DNA of 39,480 bases from a virus (IMGVR_UViG_3300012890_000003:1-39480); one strand, 5' to 3'; positions 24,912 to 35,090 are shown, counted from the stretch's first letter. The notes: generated by a model from the sequence alone, not told the origin. Translations and numbers: made by a program.

Positions 24912-25372
24912 GCGAGGTACTCGGTCAGCAGGGCGATGAACTCGGGCAGGCTGCGCACCACCTCGACGCGGTAGCCAGCCAGCCGTAGGCGCTGATGCCA
25001 GGCGGCTTGCTCGGGGGCCACGCGGCCGGCGCGGGTTTTGAGTTCGATGAAGAGGCCGTGGCTCATCAAATACGGGTCCCTAGGCGGGTTCATTCCTGGC
25101 TTAGCCAGCAAGTAATCCGGCACGCCCGCCTTGGCATGTTGCATCTTGAAGCCGTGGCTTTCCACTGCGGTGCGCAGGCCGCCGTTGGGGATGTGTAAGA
25201 ACAGCGCATAGGCGGCCGGGTAGGTAGCGGCTAGCCAGAGGCCACATTCCTGGCCCAGGCGGGCCTCGCTCCAGGCGGCTTGCTCGACGGCCGTGGGCAG
25301 GCGGTAGAGCGGGGCGAAGGGCAGCTTTTCGGCGGGCGAACTGGTGCCGTAGGGGGCGGGTTGGTGAGGCAT
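24908..25372 (-). CDS. VRR-NUC domain nuclease
   Basis: HIPNGG...AGVPDYL...LFIELK...GRVAPEQAAW...GYRVEVVRS. Confidence 0.92.
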   Translation of the reverse strand: MPHQPAPYGTSSPAEKLPFAPLYRLPTAVEQAAWSEARLGQECGLWLAATYPAAYALFLHIPNGGLRTAVESHGFKMQHAKAGVPDYLLAKPGMNPPRDPYLMSHGLFIELKTRAGRVAPEQAAWHQRLRLAGYRVEVVRSLPEFIALLTEYLA

Positions 25373-25406
25373 TTTTACAACTGACTGATTAGGTGATTAT
25401 TATATA

Positions 25407-25589
25407 AAATGCCCCAGGTGCCCCAGGTTGGTTCCTCTGTTGGGCTAGGGTACCCTCTTTATTGCATTTCTTCTTTTGGTTTTGTCTTTTTCTTATATTC
25501 TTTCTTTTGTACAATCGCGAAAGAAGAAAAAGATAAAAAGAGAGAAAAAACCAAACAAAAGGAACCAACCTGGGGCACCTGGGGCATTT
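25407..25589. repeat. Probable replication origin: 30-bp perfect inverted repeat around an AT-rich core
   Basis: AAATGCCCCAGGTGCCCCAGGTTGGTTCCT (25407-25436) and its exact reverse complement (25560-25589) flank T-rich then A-rich tracts, right after the primase stop. Confidence 0.78.
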
Positions 25590-25594
25590 GCATT

Positions 25595-28054
25595 TTATTG
25601 AGGCGCGTTTTTGTCTTTTGCCAACATTATCCAGCGCATCTTGCGGTTGTCACCCGCGCTGTCCTGCCCGCTCTGAAAATCCGTGCTCAACTCTTTGTAT
25701 TGGCTGAGCCACTTGCCGAACTTCTCGGGCGTGAAGGATTTCTCGTCGTAGCCCTCGGCCACGCGGAAGGCGCTCAGTAGTTCCGTGCGATAGAGCACCT
25801 GCCCCCGCGGCTGGGCATCCATGAAATCGACGAAGCCGGCCGAGGTGGCGGTGAGCAGCCGGCGGCGCTCCAGGTTCTCGGACGCGGGCGCCACCAGCCG
25901 CTTGTGCAGCTTCAGAAAGAGGTGGCAGCAGTAGAGCATGAGGTTGTCGAAGCGCGCCCACTCAGCGGCCGCCCAGCCCGAAAAGAAGTTGTGGCCGAAC
26001 TCGTCACGGGGCTGATGGCCGGGCCCGTAGTGGGGCGCCACCTCCAGCTCGTACTTGCGGCGGTCGTGGCTGCCGCCTTGGCCGGACAGAATGCCGTTGG
26101 TCGTGATGCCGATTTTCGGGCTCACCTCGAAGCCGTAGCTCTGCTGGCCAGTGTACAAGCGGTCCACGGTGAGCGTGTCGGTGGCCATGTTGAACAGGCG
26201 GTCGAAGGGCACGCGGTGGGTGTCCCAGTCGTTGAAGAAAATCACGCGGGTGGCGTCGGTGACCTGTTGCAGCGCCTTGGCATTGCGCGGGTCGAAGCCC
26301 TTGCCGTCCACCTCCACCACCTCCACGATGTGGCCGATGGCTTTGAAGAGCAGGCTCTTGCCGGTGCCGCCGTTGGCCTGGCCCTCGGTGCCGAGCAGCT
26401 CATCGACGAGCACCCCTATTTTGGGCGTGCTCGGGTCTTTGAACGTGTGCAGGTAGTAGCCGATGAAGAGAAACAGCGCCTCCAGGCGCGGCTCCTGGTG
26501 GCCGGCGATATGCCAGAGGAAGCGAAAAAACTCGGCCTGCTCCACCTCTTCGTGCGCCAGCAGCGGAAAGGGCCGGTCGAGTACCTGCGACTCCCACACG
26601 AGGCCCGGCAGTTCGGCGTAGGGCCGCAGCGCCACGCCGGCGGCCGTGACCTCCGCCCAGCCGTTTTTGTAGAAAAAGCGCCCGGCGGCCTCGGTGGCCC
26701 GCACGAAGTCCTCGCCTAGGAACGGCAGAAACTCCCAGCCGCTTTCCTCGAACAGGCTTAGATGCTGGCGGCGCACGGTTTCCTCTAGCTGCGAGCGGTA
26801 GATGCCGTCGAACTCAAACGGCAGTTCGTCGAGGTACTCCAGCACGAAGGCTTTCAGGCCCGAGCGCACCAGCGGGCGCACCACCTGCCCGTCGAGGCGC
26901 ACCAACTGCGTTTTGGTGCCGGCGGCGCGCTGGCGAAAGCCGTGCTCGGCCAGCCACTTGCCGAACTTGGTCAGGTTGAGCACGAGCTTCTGGGGGCCGT
27001 CGCGCTTGGGGCCGTCTACTAGGTCCCAGAAGGTGAGCAGGCTCACCTCGTTGCGGCGCTCGGCGGCAATGCCCCCCACGGCCTCGGCAATTGGGTCCTG
27101 GGGCAGGCCCTCGCTGCCGGCGATACCGGCGGCAATCTGCTCGGGCGTGTTGCCGTCGGCCAGGCGCGTGCGCACGTGGTACTGCAAGTCGTGGGGCAGG
27201 GCGGGCTTCAGCCGGCCGGCGGCCAGCCCGTCGTCGATGGTGCGAAACGCCCCCTTCAGGTCATCGGCCCCGCGGCGGGTGATGGCGTCCTGCAACACCT
27301 GGCGCCCATCTTCCTCGCTGATAAAGCCCGAGGCCGCTACCCCGCCGAGCAGGAACGCCATTTTATTCAGCACCACGTGCTTTTGCCCGTCGGGCGCAGC
27401 CAGCACCTTGCCGGCGGCCCGCTCCAGCGCGGCCTCGCCGTAGCTGGCCTGGGTAGCCCGCCGCGGGCCCGTGCCGGGCGGCGGTGGCGGGGGGCTGGCC
27501 TTCACGGGCTCCGCCTCCACATCTTCCCACAGGCAGGCGGCGGGGTTCAGGAAGAGGGCCGGGTCGTAGCTCACGTAGCGCGGCCGGCTGACGTCGGGCA
27601 GGTCATCGGCTTTCAGGCCGTAGTGCTGACGGTAGTAGGCTTGCAGGCTGCGAAAGCTGCCCGCGTGGTCGGCGCCGGGGATGGGCACCAGCACGCACAG
27701 GCCCTCGCCGCTGGCGCTCACGAACACGGCGAAGGTGTAGGTATCCTGGGCCAGCTGGGCTTTCACTGCCGCGCAGTCCAGGCCGGGGTTGTCGTCGGCG
27801 TCGAGGTCGAGCGCCACAAGGCCCGAGTGCTGGGCCAGGCCGGCGTCGTTGCGGGTGCCGGGGAAGGTGCCGCTGGCCGTGAAGTAGGGCAGACTCATTT
27901 TGAGCTGGCGGCGCTCGGTCTTGCTCTCGGCCCGGCGCACGGCTTCCACCTCACGCTGCCAGCGGCCGGCGCGGATGTCAGCGAGCACCGCCTCCACCGC
28001 CACGGACTGCCCGCCCGTGGTGGCCTTGATTTGGGGAAATAAGCTGACCATCAT
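25595..28054 (-). CDS. Primase-helicase (BT4734/VirE-N primase plus P-loop helicase)
   Basis: LKMSLPYFTASGTF...HSGLVALDLD...SASGEG...DVSRPRYVSYDP; C-terminal Walker A GGTGKS. Confidence 0.9.
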   Translation of the reverse strand: MMVSLFPQIKATTGGQSVAVEAVLADIRAGRWQREVEAVRRAESKTERRQLKMSLPYFTASGTFPGTRNDAGLAQHSGLVALDLDADDNPGLDCAAVKAQLAQDTYTFAVFVSASGEGLCVLVPIPGADHAGSFRSLQAYYRQHYGLKADDLPDVSRPRYVSYDPALFLNPAACLWEDVEAEPVKASPPPPPPGTGPRRATQASYGEAALERAAGKVLAAPDGQKHVVLNKMAFLLGGVAASGFISEEDGRQVLQDAITRRGADDLKGAFRTIDDGLAAGRLKPALPHDLQYHVRTRLADGNTPEQIAAGIAGSEGLPQDPIAEAVGGIAAERRNEVSLLTFWDLVDGPKRDGPQKLVLNLTKFGKWLAEHGFRQRAAGTKTQLVRLDGQVVRPLVRSGLKAFVLEYLDELPFEFDGIYRSQLEETVRRQHLSLFEESGWEFLPFLGEDFVRATEAAGRFFYKNGWAEVTAAGVALRPYAELPGLVWESQVLDRPFPLLAHEEVEQAEFFRFLWHIAGHQEPRLEALFLFIGYYLHTFKDPSTPKIGVLVDELLGTEGQANGGTGKSLLFKAIGHIVEVVEVDGKGFDPRNAKALQQVTDATRVIFFNDWDTHRVPFDRLFNMATDTLTVDRLYTGQQSYGFEVSPKIGITTNGILSGQGGSHDRRKYELEVAPHYGPGHQPRDEFGHNFFSGWAAAEWARFDNLMLYCCHLFLKLHKRLVAPASENLERRRLLTATSAGFVDFMDAQPRGQVLYRTELLSAFRVAEGYDEKSFTPEKFGKWLSQYKELSTDFQSGQDSAGDNRKMRWIMLAKDKNAPQ

Positions 28055-28221
28055 TTCTTGTTGGGAATAGCCTGGGCCTTGCGGCGGGCGAGTTCAGTTT
28101 TTATCGTGGCCAGCAGGTGCCCTTCGGGGCCCCGCTGGCGGTGCAGCAGCTGCCGGTACCAGGCGGCCAGCAGGTGCGTGGCGTAGGCGCGCGGGTTGGT
28201 CAGGGGTGGGATGGCGCTCAT
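28051..28221 (-). CDS. Hypothetical 56-aa protein (absent from the ORF track)
   Basis: MSAIPPLTNPRAYATHLLAAWYRQLL...PNKK; fills the gap with ATGA overlaps at both ends. Confidence 0.72.
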   Translation of the reverse strand: MSAIPPLTNPRAYATHLLAAWYRQLLHRQRGPEGHLLATIKTELARRKAQAIPNKK

Positions 28222-28754
28222 GGGGTAGCGCCTTCCTCAAAAGCCAGATGAGCGTGCTCAGGCAGGTCGTGGCTGCCTTGGTTGAATACCTTGTACATCA
28301 GGCTGCGGGCCAGTCTGCGTAGGGTCTTTTCGCTGCATTTATTGGTATGCAGGCGAGGGGCCATCCTTACTATCTCCACCCGCTCGTACTTGCGGCCGTA
28401 CTCGGTGGTACTGTGGATATAAATCAGCCCGCAGTAAGCTGGCACTTCCTCTGTTTTCACCATGCCGGCTGGCATAGCGAAATAGAAGTAGTTGGGCTGG
28501 CCGCGCCAGTGCATTTTCTTGCCAGCCGCCAGGCCAGCGTGCTTGGCCGCCTTTTTGAAATCGGCTTTGAAATCCGAGCGGCTGACCTTGATTTCAATCT
28601 CGGCCAGGTAGTCGGTGGGCTGCAATACCACCAGGTCAGCCTCCCAGCCGATGGCCTCGGTATTCGGGCAGATGACAATATCTGAGCGCAGATAATGGCT
28701 GAACAGAATGCGCTGAATATCGGCACAGGTGATGGGGTTGATGGTAGTACTCAC
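28218..28754 (-). CDS. PD-(D/E)XK nuclease, MmcB-like
   Basis: EADLVVL...EIEIKVSRSDFKADFKK...NYFYF; GTG start overlapping the helicase stop. Confidence 0.8.
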   Translation of the reverse strand: MSTTINPITCADIQRILFSHYLRSDIVICPNTEAIGWEADLVVLQPTDYLAEIEIKVSRSDFKADFKKAAKHAGLAAGKKMHWRGQPNYFYFAMPAGMVKTEEVPAYCGLIYIHSTTEYGRKYERVEIVRMAPRLHTNKCSEKTLRRLARSLMYKVFNQGSHDLPEHAHLAFEEGATP

Positions 28755-30196
28755 GCCGCTACGCTCCCCTCTGCCTCTGGCCCGTGCGTCTTCTGCCACT
28801 CCAGTTGGTGCGACTCCCAGCCCGACTTATAGCCGCTGAGCCGGCGCACCTGGGCCCACTGGGCTGCTGTCCACTGCCAAGGGCTGACGTTCTCCAGCTC
28901 GGGCGGCACGGCCTTAAAGCGCTGGCGCTTCTTCACCGCCGGCGGCAAAAACTGGCGGGTGTCGGTGACCACGGTGAACGTCACCTCTTCGGGCTTCGCC
29001 ACCTCCACCGGGTACGCTGCGCCGCAGGCCTCGCAGGCCGTGGCGCTGATGGGGTCCCACAGCCCGCAGCTGCGGCACATCTTCATCGGTCGCACGCCGA
29101 CGCTGGCGCCCTTCTTTTTCTTGCTGGCCTCCAGCGAGTGCTCGGCCGGGGTGTCAAGGAAGCTATGCGCCTTCACGTTGCCGCCCATGTCGATGATAAG
29201 GCAGCGAGACTTGCCCGGTGAGGGCCGCAGGCCGCGCCCGCCCATCTGCAAGTACAGGGCCTTTGACTTGGTGGGCCGGTTGAGAATGACGCAGCTGATG
29301 TTGGGCAGGTCAAAGCCTTCGGTGAAGAGCGCCACGTTGCTCAGCACCTGCCAGCGGCCGGCTGCGAACTCCTCCAGCACTTTGCGGCGCTGGGCCAGTG
29401 GGGTAGCGCCATCGAGGTGGGCGGCCGCAATACCGCGCTCGTTGAATGCCTGCACGGTGGCAAGGCTGTGCTCGACGTTGATGCAAAAGCAGATGGCCTT
29501 TTCGCCCGGGGCGTGGTTCTCGTACTGCGTCACGGTGCCGGCGTAGAGCTGGCGCTTGTTAAATTTCTTGAAAGCCTGGTCGGCCGCGTAGTCGCCGCCG
29601 CGCTCGCCTAGTCCTTCGAGGTCCACCTCGGCCAGGGCGTAGTGGGCACGCACCAGGTGGCCGGCGTCCATCAATTCGCCGATGGTGATGGGCTCCACCA
29701 TGCTTTGGTACCACTCGCCCAGCGCCTTGCCGTCGAGGCGGTAGGGCGTGGCGGTCAGGCCGATGCGGCGGGCTGTGGGGCAAGCGTCGAGCACCTTCTG
29801 ATAAGTGCCGGCCGCCGTGTGGTGGCCCTCGTCGAAAAAGATGAAGTCGGGCAGTTCATGGGCGGGGATGCTGGCGATGCGGCGGGCCAGCGTCTGCACC
29901 ATCGCGCACTGCACCGGCCGGCGGCCGTGGTAGTGGGCATCGGCGGCAATCTCCCCCACGGTGAGCCCGAAGGCTTCCATGCGGGCGCGGGCCTGGGCTA
30001 CGAGTTCGTAGAGGTGAGCCACGAACCACACGCGCTTGCCTTTGGCCACCATGAGCCGGGTCAGCTCAGCGGCCACCGTCGTTTTGCCGGCGCCGGTGGG
30101 CAGCACCAGCACGGCCGAGCTGGCGGGGGCGGTGAGGGCCTGGCGCAGCTCGGCGATGGCTTGGAGTTGGTAGGGGCGTAGGGTGATGCTAGGCAC
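28751..30196 (-). CDS. SF2 DExH helicase with C-terminal Zn ribbon
   Basis: LRPYQ, PTGAGKT, DEGHH, TATP, EGFD, QMGGRGLR and CxxC...CxxC motifs. Confidence 0.95.
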   Translation of the reverse strand: MPSITLRPYQLQAIAELRQALTAPASSAVLVLPTGAGKTTVAAELTRLMVAKGKRVWFVAHLYELVAQARARMEAFGLTVGEIAADAHYHGRRPVQCAMVQTLARRIASIPAHELPDFIFFDEGHHTAAGTYQKVLDACPTARRIGLTATPYRLDGKALGEWYQSMVEPITIGELMDAGHLVRAHYALAEVDLEGLGERGGDYAADQAFKKFNKRQLYAGTVTQYENHAPGEKAICFCINVEHSLATVQAFNERGIAAAHLDGATPLAQRRKVLEEFAAGRWQVLSNVALFTEGFDLPNISCVILNRPTKSKALYLQMGGRGLRPSPGKSRCLIIDMGGNVKAHSFLDTPAEHSLEASKKKKGASVGVRPMKMCRSCGLWDPISATACEACGAAYPVEVAKPEEVTFTVVTDTRQFLPPAVKKRQRFKAVPPELENVSPWQWTAAQWAQVRRLSGYKSGWESHQLEWQKTHGPEAEGSVAA

Positions 30197-31061
30197 GGGG
30201 CACCTCCATTCCGAATAGTGGGCCGTTACACTTCGCAGCTACAGCCCTAGTATTCAGCCATAGTACTTCAGTGCGCGCGCGCGCGCCGTCGGCATGAGTA
30301 GTGCACTCAACGCGCTCCCAATCCGGGAAAAGCTCCTGGTCATAGAGGTCGCAGGCGTAGCCACTCAGTACCACAGCCCCATGCAGCCCACGCAGCACAT
30401 CTGCCAGCTCACGGTGGTCGGCGTCCGCTAGTTCGTAGCGATACTTGCGGCGCACGCCATTATTATTGCCCCGGGTGCCTAGCGGGTACGGCGGGTCTAC
30501 ATAATGCAGCGTGGTTGGGCTGTCATGCTTGGTTAGTACCTCGGCGGCCGGGCGCTGTTCCAGCACCACTCCACGCAGCCGTGCCGTAATGGCGGGAATG
30601 CAGTCGGGGTAGCCGGCCCACTCGTGGGCCGGGCCGCGTTGGGCCTTACCGCGCTTGATGCAGCTATGAAAACCAGTGTTGTGGTCTTCGTTGACACCAG
30701 CGCTGCCGAAGCTCATAAAGCTGCGCACTACAATACGCCGTGCCCGCTCTACCGCATCTTCGTGATGCTCATAACTGGATTCGAATTCTTCCCGGGAGTA
30801 AGGCGTGAGCAGCAGTTGTGCTTGCAGTTGTGCGGCCAGTTCTGGCGAGCGCAGCACCCAGAATAAATTAGCCAGGTCACCGTTCAGGTCGTTATATACC
30901 TCGCCCACAGACTGAGGCTTGCGTAGCAGCACGCTGGCCGCGCCACCGAAGGCTTCGGTATAGTAGTCGTGGGCGCCAAAGTGGCTGATAATCCAAGGGG
31001 CCAACTTCCATTTGCCGCCGTGGTAGCGCAGCACGGGCCGGTTCAGTTGGGCCGTGCTCAT
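30189..31061 (-). CDS. DNA adenine methyltransferase (Dam/D12 family)
   Basis: LRYHGGKW, EAFGGAASV, YNDLN and YVDPPY motifs. Confidence 0.93.
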   Translation of the reverse strand: MSTAQLNRPVLRYHGGKWKLAPWIISHFGAHDYYTEAFGGAASVLLRKPQSVGEVYNDLNGDLANLFWVLRSPELAAQLQAQLLLTPYSREEFESSYEHHEDAVERARRIVVRSFMSFGSAGVNEDHNTGFHSCIKRGKAQRGPAHEWAGYPDCIPAITARLRGVVLEQRPAAEVLTKHDSPTTLHYVDPPYPLGTRGNNNGVRRKYRYELADADHRELADVLRGLHGAVVLSGYACDLYDQELFPDWERVECTTHADGARARTEVLWLNTRAVAAKCNGPLFGMEVPRA

Positions 31062-31771
31062 GGCTGCACCTCCCCCTTCTGCTGCGCATACTCCGGCAGC
31101 CACGCCCCATAGCTGTTCCGGCTGCCCGCGTGGTAGGGCGCGGGGTAGCGGTTCACCAGCTCACGGCAGATAAACGCCTCGGCCCCATCGGGCCCCAGCC
31201 AGCCCTGATGTTGGCTCTCGGCCTCGTAAAGCAGCTTGCCCAGCAGCTCGGCCGTGGCCAGCACGTCGGCCAGCGCCCGGTGGGCGCTGGCGTTCACAAT
31301 GTCGAAGTGCAGGCAGAGGTTGGCCAGTTGATACGGGCCGTAGGGCTTGCCGGTGCGCGGGTCGGCACCCAGCGAAACCACGCCCGCCGTGTACTGCTGG
31401 GCCAGCAGCACCGTGCACAGGAAGGGCGAGGCCAGCGGCTGGCTGGCGCCGTAGCGCACGTACGAGCGGTTGAGGTATGCCACGTCGAACGGGGCATTGT
31501 GCGCCACCACCGTGTCGGTGCCGATGAAGTTTCTGAGCAGCGCGAAGGCGTGACGCGGCTCCCGCCCCCTGCCGCACATCTCGGTGCTGATGCCGGTGAG
31601 GTCGGTGATGTGCTGGGGCACTACGCCGCCGAAGTCTACCAGCGTGCTGAAGGTGCTCGTCACTTCGCCGTTGCGGAGACGGGCCGCGGCGATTTCGGTC
31701 ACGAAGTGGTGCTCAGGGTCGAAGCCTGTCGTCTCGAAGTCGAGGACGGTGAGGTGGTCGAGGCTATGCAT
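31058..31771 (-). CDS. DEDDh 3'-5' exonuclease (DnaQ-like)
   Basis: LDFETTG, VAHNAPFD and HRALADV motifs. Confidence 0.93.
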   Translation of the reverse strand: MHSLDHLTVLDFETTGFDPEHHFVTEIAAARLRNGEVTSTFSTLVDFGGVVPQHITDLTGISTEMCGRGREPRHAFALLRNFIGTDTVVAHNAPFDVAYLNRSYVRYGASQPLASPFLCTVLLAQQYTAGVVSLGADPRTGKPYGPYQLANLCLHFDIVNASAHRALADVLATAELLGKLLYEAESQHQGWLGPDGAEAFICRELVNRYPAPYHAGSRNSYGAWLPEYAQQKGEVQP

Positions 31772-32474
31772 TGGAGGTCTCCTTTCCGTCAATCACTTTG
31801 AACTCGACTACCCACACCCAGGGGTTGGCGGCCCACGACTCGGGGCCGTTGATGCTGGCCCAGAGGGTTTGATAAGAGTGCTGGGCGTCAAGCCCGCCAC
31901 CGCCTTCGGTGTAATGCTTGTAGCGATTGATGTACTCGCCTTTACTGGTTACCTCAATACCCTCCGCCACGGCATCGGCCTCGCTAATTTCCTGCAACCG
32001 CTCGACGCGCACGGCTGTTATTTCGAGCAGCAGGCGGCTGGCGGCGCGGGGCATGAAGATGCTGGGGCGCCACTTCGGTTCGCGCTGGCTTTGCTCGCAG
32101 CCCCCACGAATGGCATTATCAGCGCGGTAGAAAATGCACTCGCCGCCGTCGAATATGATTTCCGAAGGCTTCGCGCCTGTCCATATGAAATGAGGTGCCC
32201 ACGTCTCCCGCACCCACAGCCGGTCGCCGGGCTGGCCGTAGGGGCAGCGCCACAGTTGGTCTTCATCTTGAAACCCGTAGCCCTGGTACGCTTGCGTTAG
32301 CCAGTCTTGCAAGTCATAGGCTGCGAAGCTGGTGCCGTTGTGCATTATTTCAATGGCGCCGCCTTCCGGTTGGTTTGTCACCGCCCGCCGCGTCTGCGTC
32401 TTGGTGCCGGCCAGTAGCGCCTGCACCATCGGGCCGCTGAATAGAATGGGGCGCTCTTTTACTACACTACTCAT
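31764..32474 (-). CDS. Conserved phage protein, ASCH/PUA-like
   Basis: ERPILFSGPMVQALLAGTKTQTRR, GDRLWVRETW, WRPSIFMPR and NPWVWVVEF motifs. Confidence 0.85.
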   Translation of the reverse strand: MSSVVKERPILFSGPMVQALLAGTKTQTRRAVTNQPEGGAIEIMHNGTSFAAYDLQDWLTQAYQGYGFQDEDQLWRCPYGQPGDRLWVRETWAPHFIWTGAKPSEIIFDGGECIFYRADNAIRGGCEQSQREPKWRPSIFMPRAASRLLLEITAVRVERLQEISEADAVAEGIEVTSKGEYINRYKHYTEGGGGLDAQHSYQTLWASINGPESWAANPWVWVVEFKVIDGKETSNA

Positions 32475-32742
32475 TATCGGGACTCATAGTAGCCAGCCCA
32501 CTAGGGGCCGGCTGATGGATATTGATAGAAGGGCTGGGCTCCAGGCTCAGCGGGTGCGGCGGGCACGGCCAGAAACTGCCGGCCAGCACCAGGCCAGCGA
32601 TGGCCAGCAGCAGCCAGAGCGTGAAGCGGCGGGCCTGGCCTTCGATGTAGGCGACGGCGGGCGCGGGCTGGGGCGGTGGCGGGGTCAGCAGTTGCCGGCG
32701 GCGGTAGCGGTCAGCGGCGGCGCGGGTGGGCAGGCTATGCAT
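32467..32742 (-). CDS. Small single-TM early protein
   Basis: Likely start MHSLPTR; TM segment FTLWLLLAIAGLVLAGSFW. Confidence 0.6.
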   Translation of the reverse strand: MHSLPTRAAADRYRRRQLLTPPPPQPAPAVAYIEGQARRFTLWLLLAIAGLVLAGSFWPCPPHPLSLEPSPSINIHQPAPSGLATMSPDNE

Positions 32743-33628
32743 TGGGGCATACCTCCTTCCCAGCGCAGCCCACGCAGGGCCCGAGTTCATCTACCAAGAT
32801 TGCGCAGCCACCGAGTTCGCAGTTATGCGGCTTTGTTGCAGGTGCTACTTCGCACTTATTGCAGTTATCAGGACCCTTGCGTGACCAATCTGTAGCGCCG
32901 CACTTGTGGCAGTCATTGCTACACGCGTCGAACTCTTTTGCCACGGCCACTACCTTCCGGTGGTATTGCTCGGGCCGCAGGCCGACGGCGAAGTGGTGCT
33001 GGCGCAGCCAGTTGATTTCTGCCAAGTGATAGCCCACATCGCCCTTGATGAAATCGTGTGGCCACAAAGACCACATATGCCGGCCGTAGGCCGTGAGGCT
33101 TATGATAGTCAGCCCATTGACGCCCGGCATCAGTTCGGCGCCATCTATATTATCGTGGCCCCCGCCTAGCTTCGCCACCTCCACCGCCGGCACCACCCGC
33201 CGCCCGTCGGCCAGCGTTAGCTCGGTGGCCAAATCCTCAAAGCCATACAGCACCGGCAGAATCTTGCTGGCCGGCTCGTTTATATCGCCGCCGCCCTCTT
33301 CGCGGGCATCAGCATCGGCGTAAAACTCCACATCCGCCAGCGGCTCGCCCTGGCCTTCGTAGGTGGCGGGCAGGCCCTTGAGCTTGCCGTAGCGGCCGGT
33401 GGCGGGGTGGTAGATGTCAATACCTTCAGCCAGGTAGGGCGCCAGCACCCGCAGAAAGGCGCGCTGGCCGCTGAGCGGGAAGTTGGCGGCCTTGGGCCGG
33501 TCGTGGAAGCCCCGGTGGTAGGCCGTTTCGTAGGTATCGACGAGCGGCGTGAGCGCGGCCTCGCTGTGGTCGGTGGTCAGCAGGCGGGCGTGGGCGAGCG
33601 CGGCGGCGTGGATTTTGGCACTAAGCAT
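32735..33628 (-). CDS. Hypothetical protein with Cys-rich C-terminus
   Basis: 297 aa, coupled within the early operon; several CxxC motifs at the C-terminus. Confidence 0.75.
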   Translation of the reverse strand: MLSAKIHAAALAHARLLTTDHSEAALTPLVDTYETAYHRGFHDRPKAANFPLSGQRAFLRVLAPYLAEGIDIYHPATGRYGKLKGLPATYEGQGEPLADVEFYADADAREEGGGDINEPASKILPVLYGFEDLATELTLADGRRVVPAVEVAKLGGGHDNIDGAELMPGVNGLTIISLTAYGRHMWSLWPHDFIKGDVGYHLAEINWLRQHHFAVGLRPEQYHRKVVAVAKEFDACSNDCHKCGATDWSRKGPDNCNKCEVAPATKPHNCELGGCAILVDELGPCVGCAGKEVCPNA

Positions 33629-34187
33629 TGGGCTGGCCTCCTTTCACCGTTTGGGTAGCCTCAAATGCTTTTTCGATGCGTGCCCGCAGTTCATCGCGCT
33701 TAGTTGCGCCTATCAGGCCCCGCAGAAAAAGGCGGTGAGTAGCCTCCAAATCCAGCTGGCGCTGCACAGACGGGTCTTTATAATCGGGCTTCGCCTCCGC
33801 TGCCCGCACCCGCGCCAGCAGGCAAGGCAGGGCGTTACGCACAGCGGCCACGAAAGCGGCATCATTATCCCGGTTATCAGCCCAAACTGCATCGCTGCTG
33901 TTGTTGCCTACCCATTTTTTAGGATTAGTATTTATAACCCACGGCCCAGCGGTAGCCCGTTGCTCCAGCGCCTCCAGCTCCGCCAGCGCGGCGTCGGCCA
34001 GCGGGGCGGGCGGGGTAGTGGCTAGGCGCTGCACCTCATGCACTAGTTCAGGGATATAGTGTACTGCTAAGTCAGAGAGCTTTGCTCGACCTATTTCAGC
34101 ATCGGATGGGCTGCCAGCACTAAGCGATAAGCGCTCATGCGCAACCTCTTCTAGTAATTTGGCTAGGCGTTCAGGACGGAGTTTCAT
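33621..34187 (-). CDS. Ead/Ea22-like protein
   Basis: ELEALEQRATAGPW...DAAFVAAVRNALPCLLARVR motif. Confidence 0.7.
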   Translation of the reverse strand: MKLRPERLAKLLEEVAHERLSLSAGSPSDAEIGRAKLSDLAVHYIPELVHEVQRLATTPPAPLADAALAELEALEQRATAGPWVINTNPKKWVGNNSSDAVWADNRDNDAAFVAAVRNALPCLLARVRAAEAKPDYKDPSVQRQLDLEATHRLFLRGLIGATKRDELRARIEKAFEATQTVKGGQPNA

Positions 34188-34207
34188 TATCTTTGTAGGG
34201 CTCTGAA

Positions 34208-34483
34208 TTATGAATGGGCAATTTTTTGAGAGGCCCCGCAGCTTGTTCCTGTGGGGCCTTTTGGCTTTTCGCTCAGCCAGCAGCAGCTGCTGAGCACGTA
34301 GGTATCGGGGTAAGTGGGGTGGGCCGTGAGCCAGCCCGCGCGCCGCAGCGCTGCCAGTAGGCCGGCCGCCGTGAGCTGCTGGCCGCGAATGCCAGCGAGT
34401 CGGCGGCTAAGGGTGCCCGGCGTGAACCACGTATCGCAGTCCAGATTTTTGAGCACGAAGTCGGCAAACTCGCTGGCAGTCAT
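34208..34483 (-). CDS. Small winged-helix-like protein
   Basis: WFTPGTLSRRL...LLAALRRAGWL pattern. Confidence 0.6.
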   Translation of the reverse strand: MTASEFADFVLKNLDCDTWFTPGTLSRRLAGIRGQQLTAAGLLAALRRAGWLTAHPTYPDTYVLSSCCWLSEKPKGPTGTSCGASQKIAHS

Positions 34484-34496
34484 GGGCTAGGGCAGC

Positions 34497-35090
34497 TTAG
34501 AAAGGCAGGTCGTTATCGTCTACCGGGGCCAGGCTCTTGGCCTGCTCGGGCGTGGGCGCTGCGCCTGGCTTAGGCTGGGTGTCGAAGGGGTTGCCGCCAT
34601 CGATGAGCGCCATCAGGTTGACGGGGCTGGCATCGACTACCGCCTGCACATCGGCGGGCAGCGGCGCCGGCTTGCCGGGCATCACCGAGTATTTAGTCTC
34701 CAGCTTCTGGCCCGTCTTGGTGATTTTCAGGCTGTAGCCCATCGGGTGGCCCCAATCGGCGTCGCGGCTCAGCGAGATGATGGCATCCTTAATCTGCGCC
34801 TGGGTTACTTCCCAGAGCTCTACTTTTTTGGTGCCGATGTTGTAGACGGCCATTGCCCAGAACTCTTTTACCTTTTCGGGTTTGCCATCGGTGCCGATTC
34901 GGATGTCAGCCGGCTGGCCAGGGTGCTCCAGCGAGCGCACGGGCTTGCCCGCCGTGTTCCAATAAGCCCAGCCGATAAGCGGCAATTCAGAGAGGATGCG
35001 CAGGCTGTTGGCCCCGTCGGCCAGTTTGGTGAAGTCGCCACCGCCCGAGGTGGGCGCTACATAATTTGCGGGAACGAAAGAAGCTGTCAT
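34497..35090 (-). CDS. Single-stranded DNA-binding protein-like
   Basis: FTKLADGANSLRIL...KITKTGQKLETKYSV, with the SSB-type acidic tail DDNDLPF. Confidence 0.78.
   Translation of the reverse strand: MTASFVPANYVAPTSGGGDFTKLADGANSLRILSELPLIGWAYWNTAGKPVRSLEHPGQPADIRIGTDGKPEKVKEFWAMAVYNIGTKKVELWEVTQAQIKDAIISLSRDADWGHPMGYSLKITKTGQKLETKYSVMPGKPAPLPADVQAVVDASPVNLMALIDGGNPFDTQPKPGAAPTPEQAKSLAPVDDNDLPF

Noticed and set aside
25409-25780. 123-aa plus-strand ORF over the palindrome
   Set aside because: It is a low-complexity translation of the origin-like repeat, antisense to the primase end.
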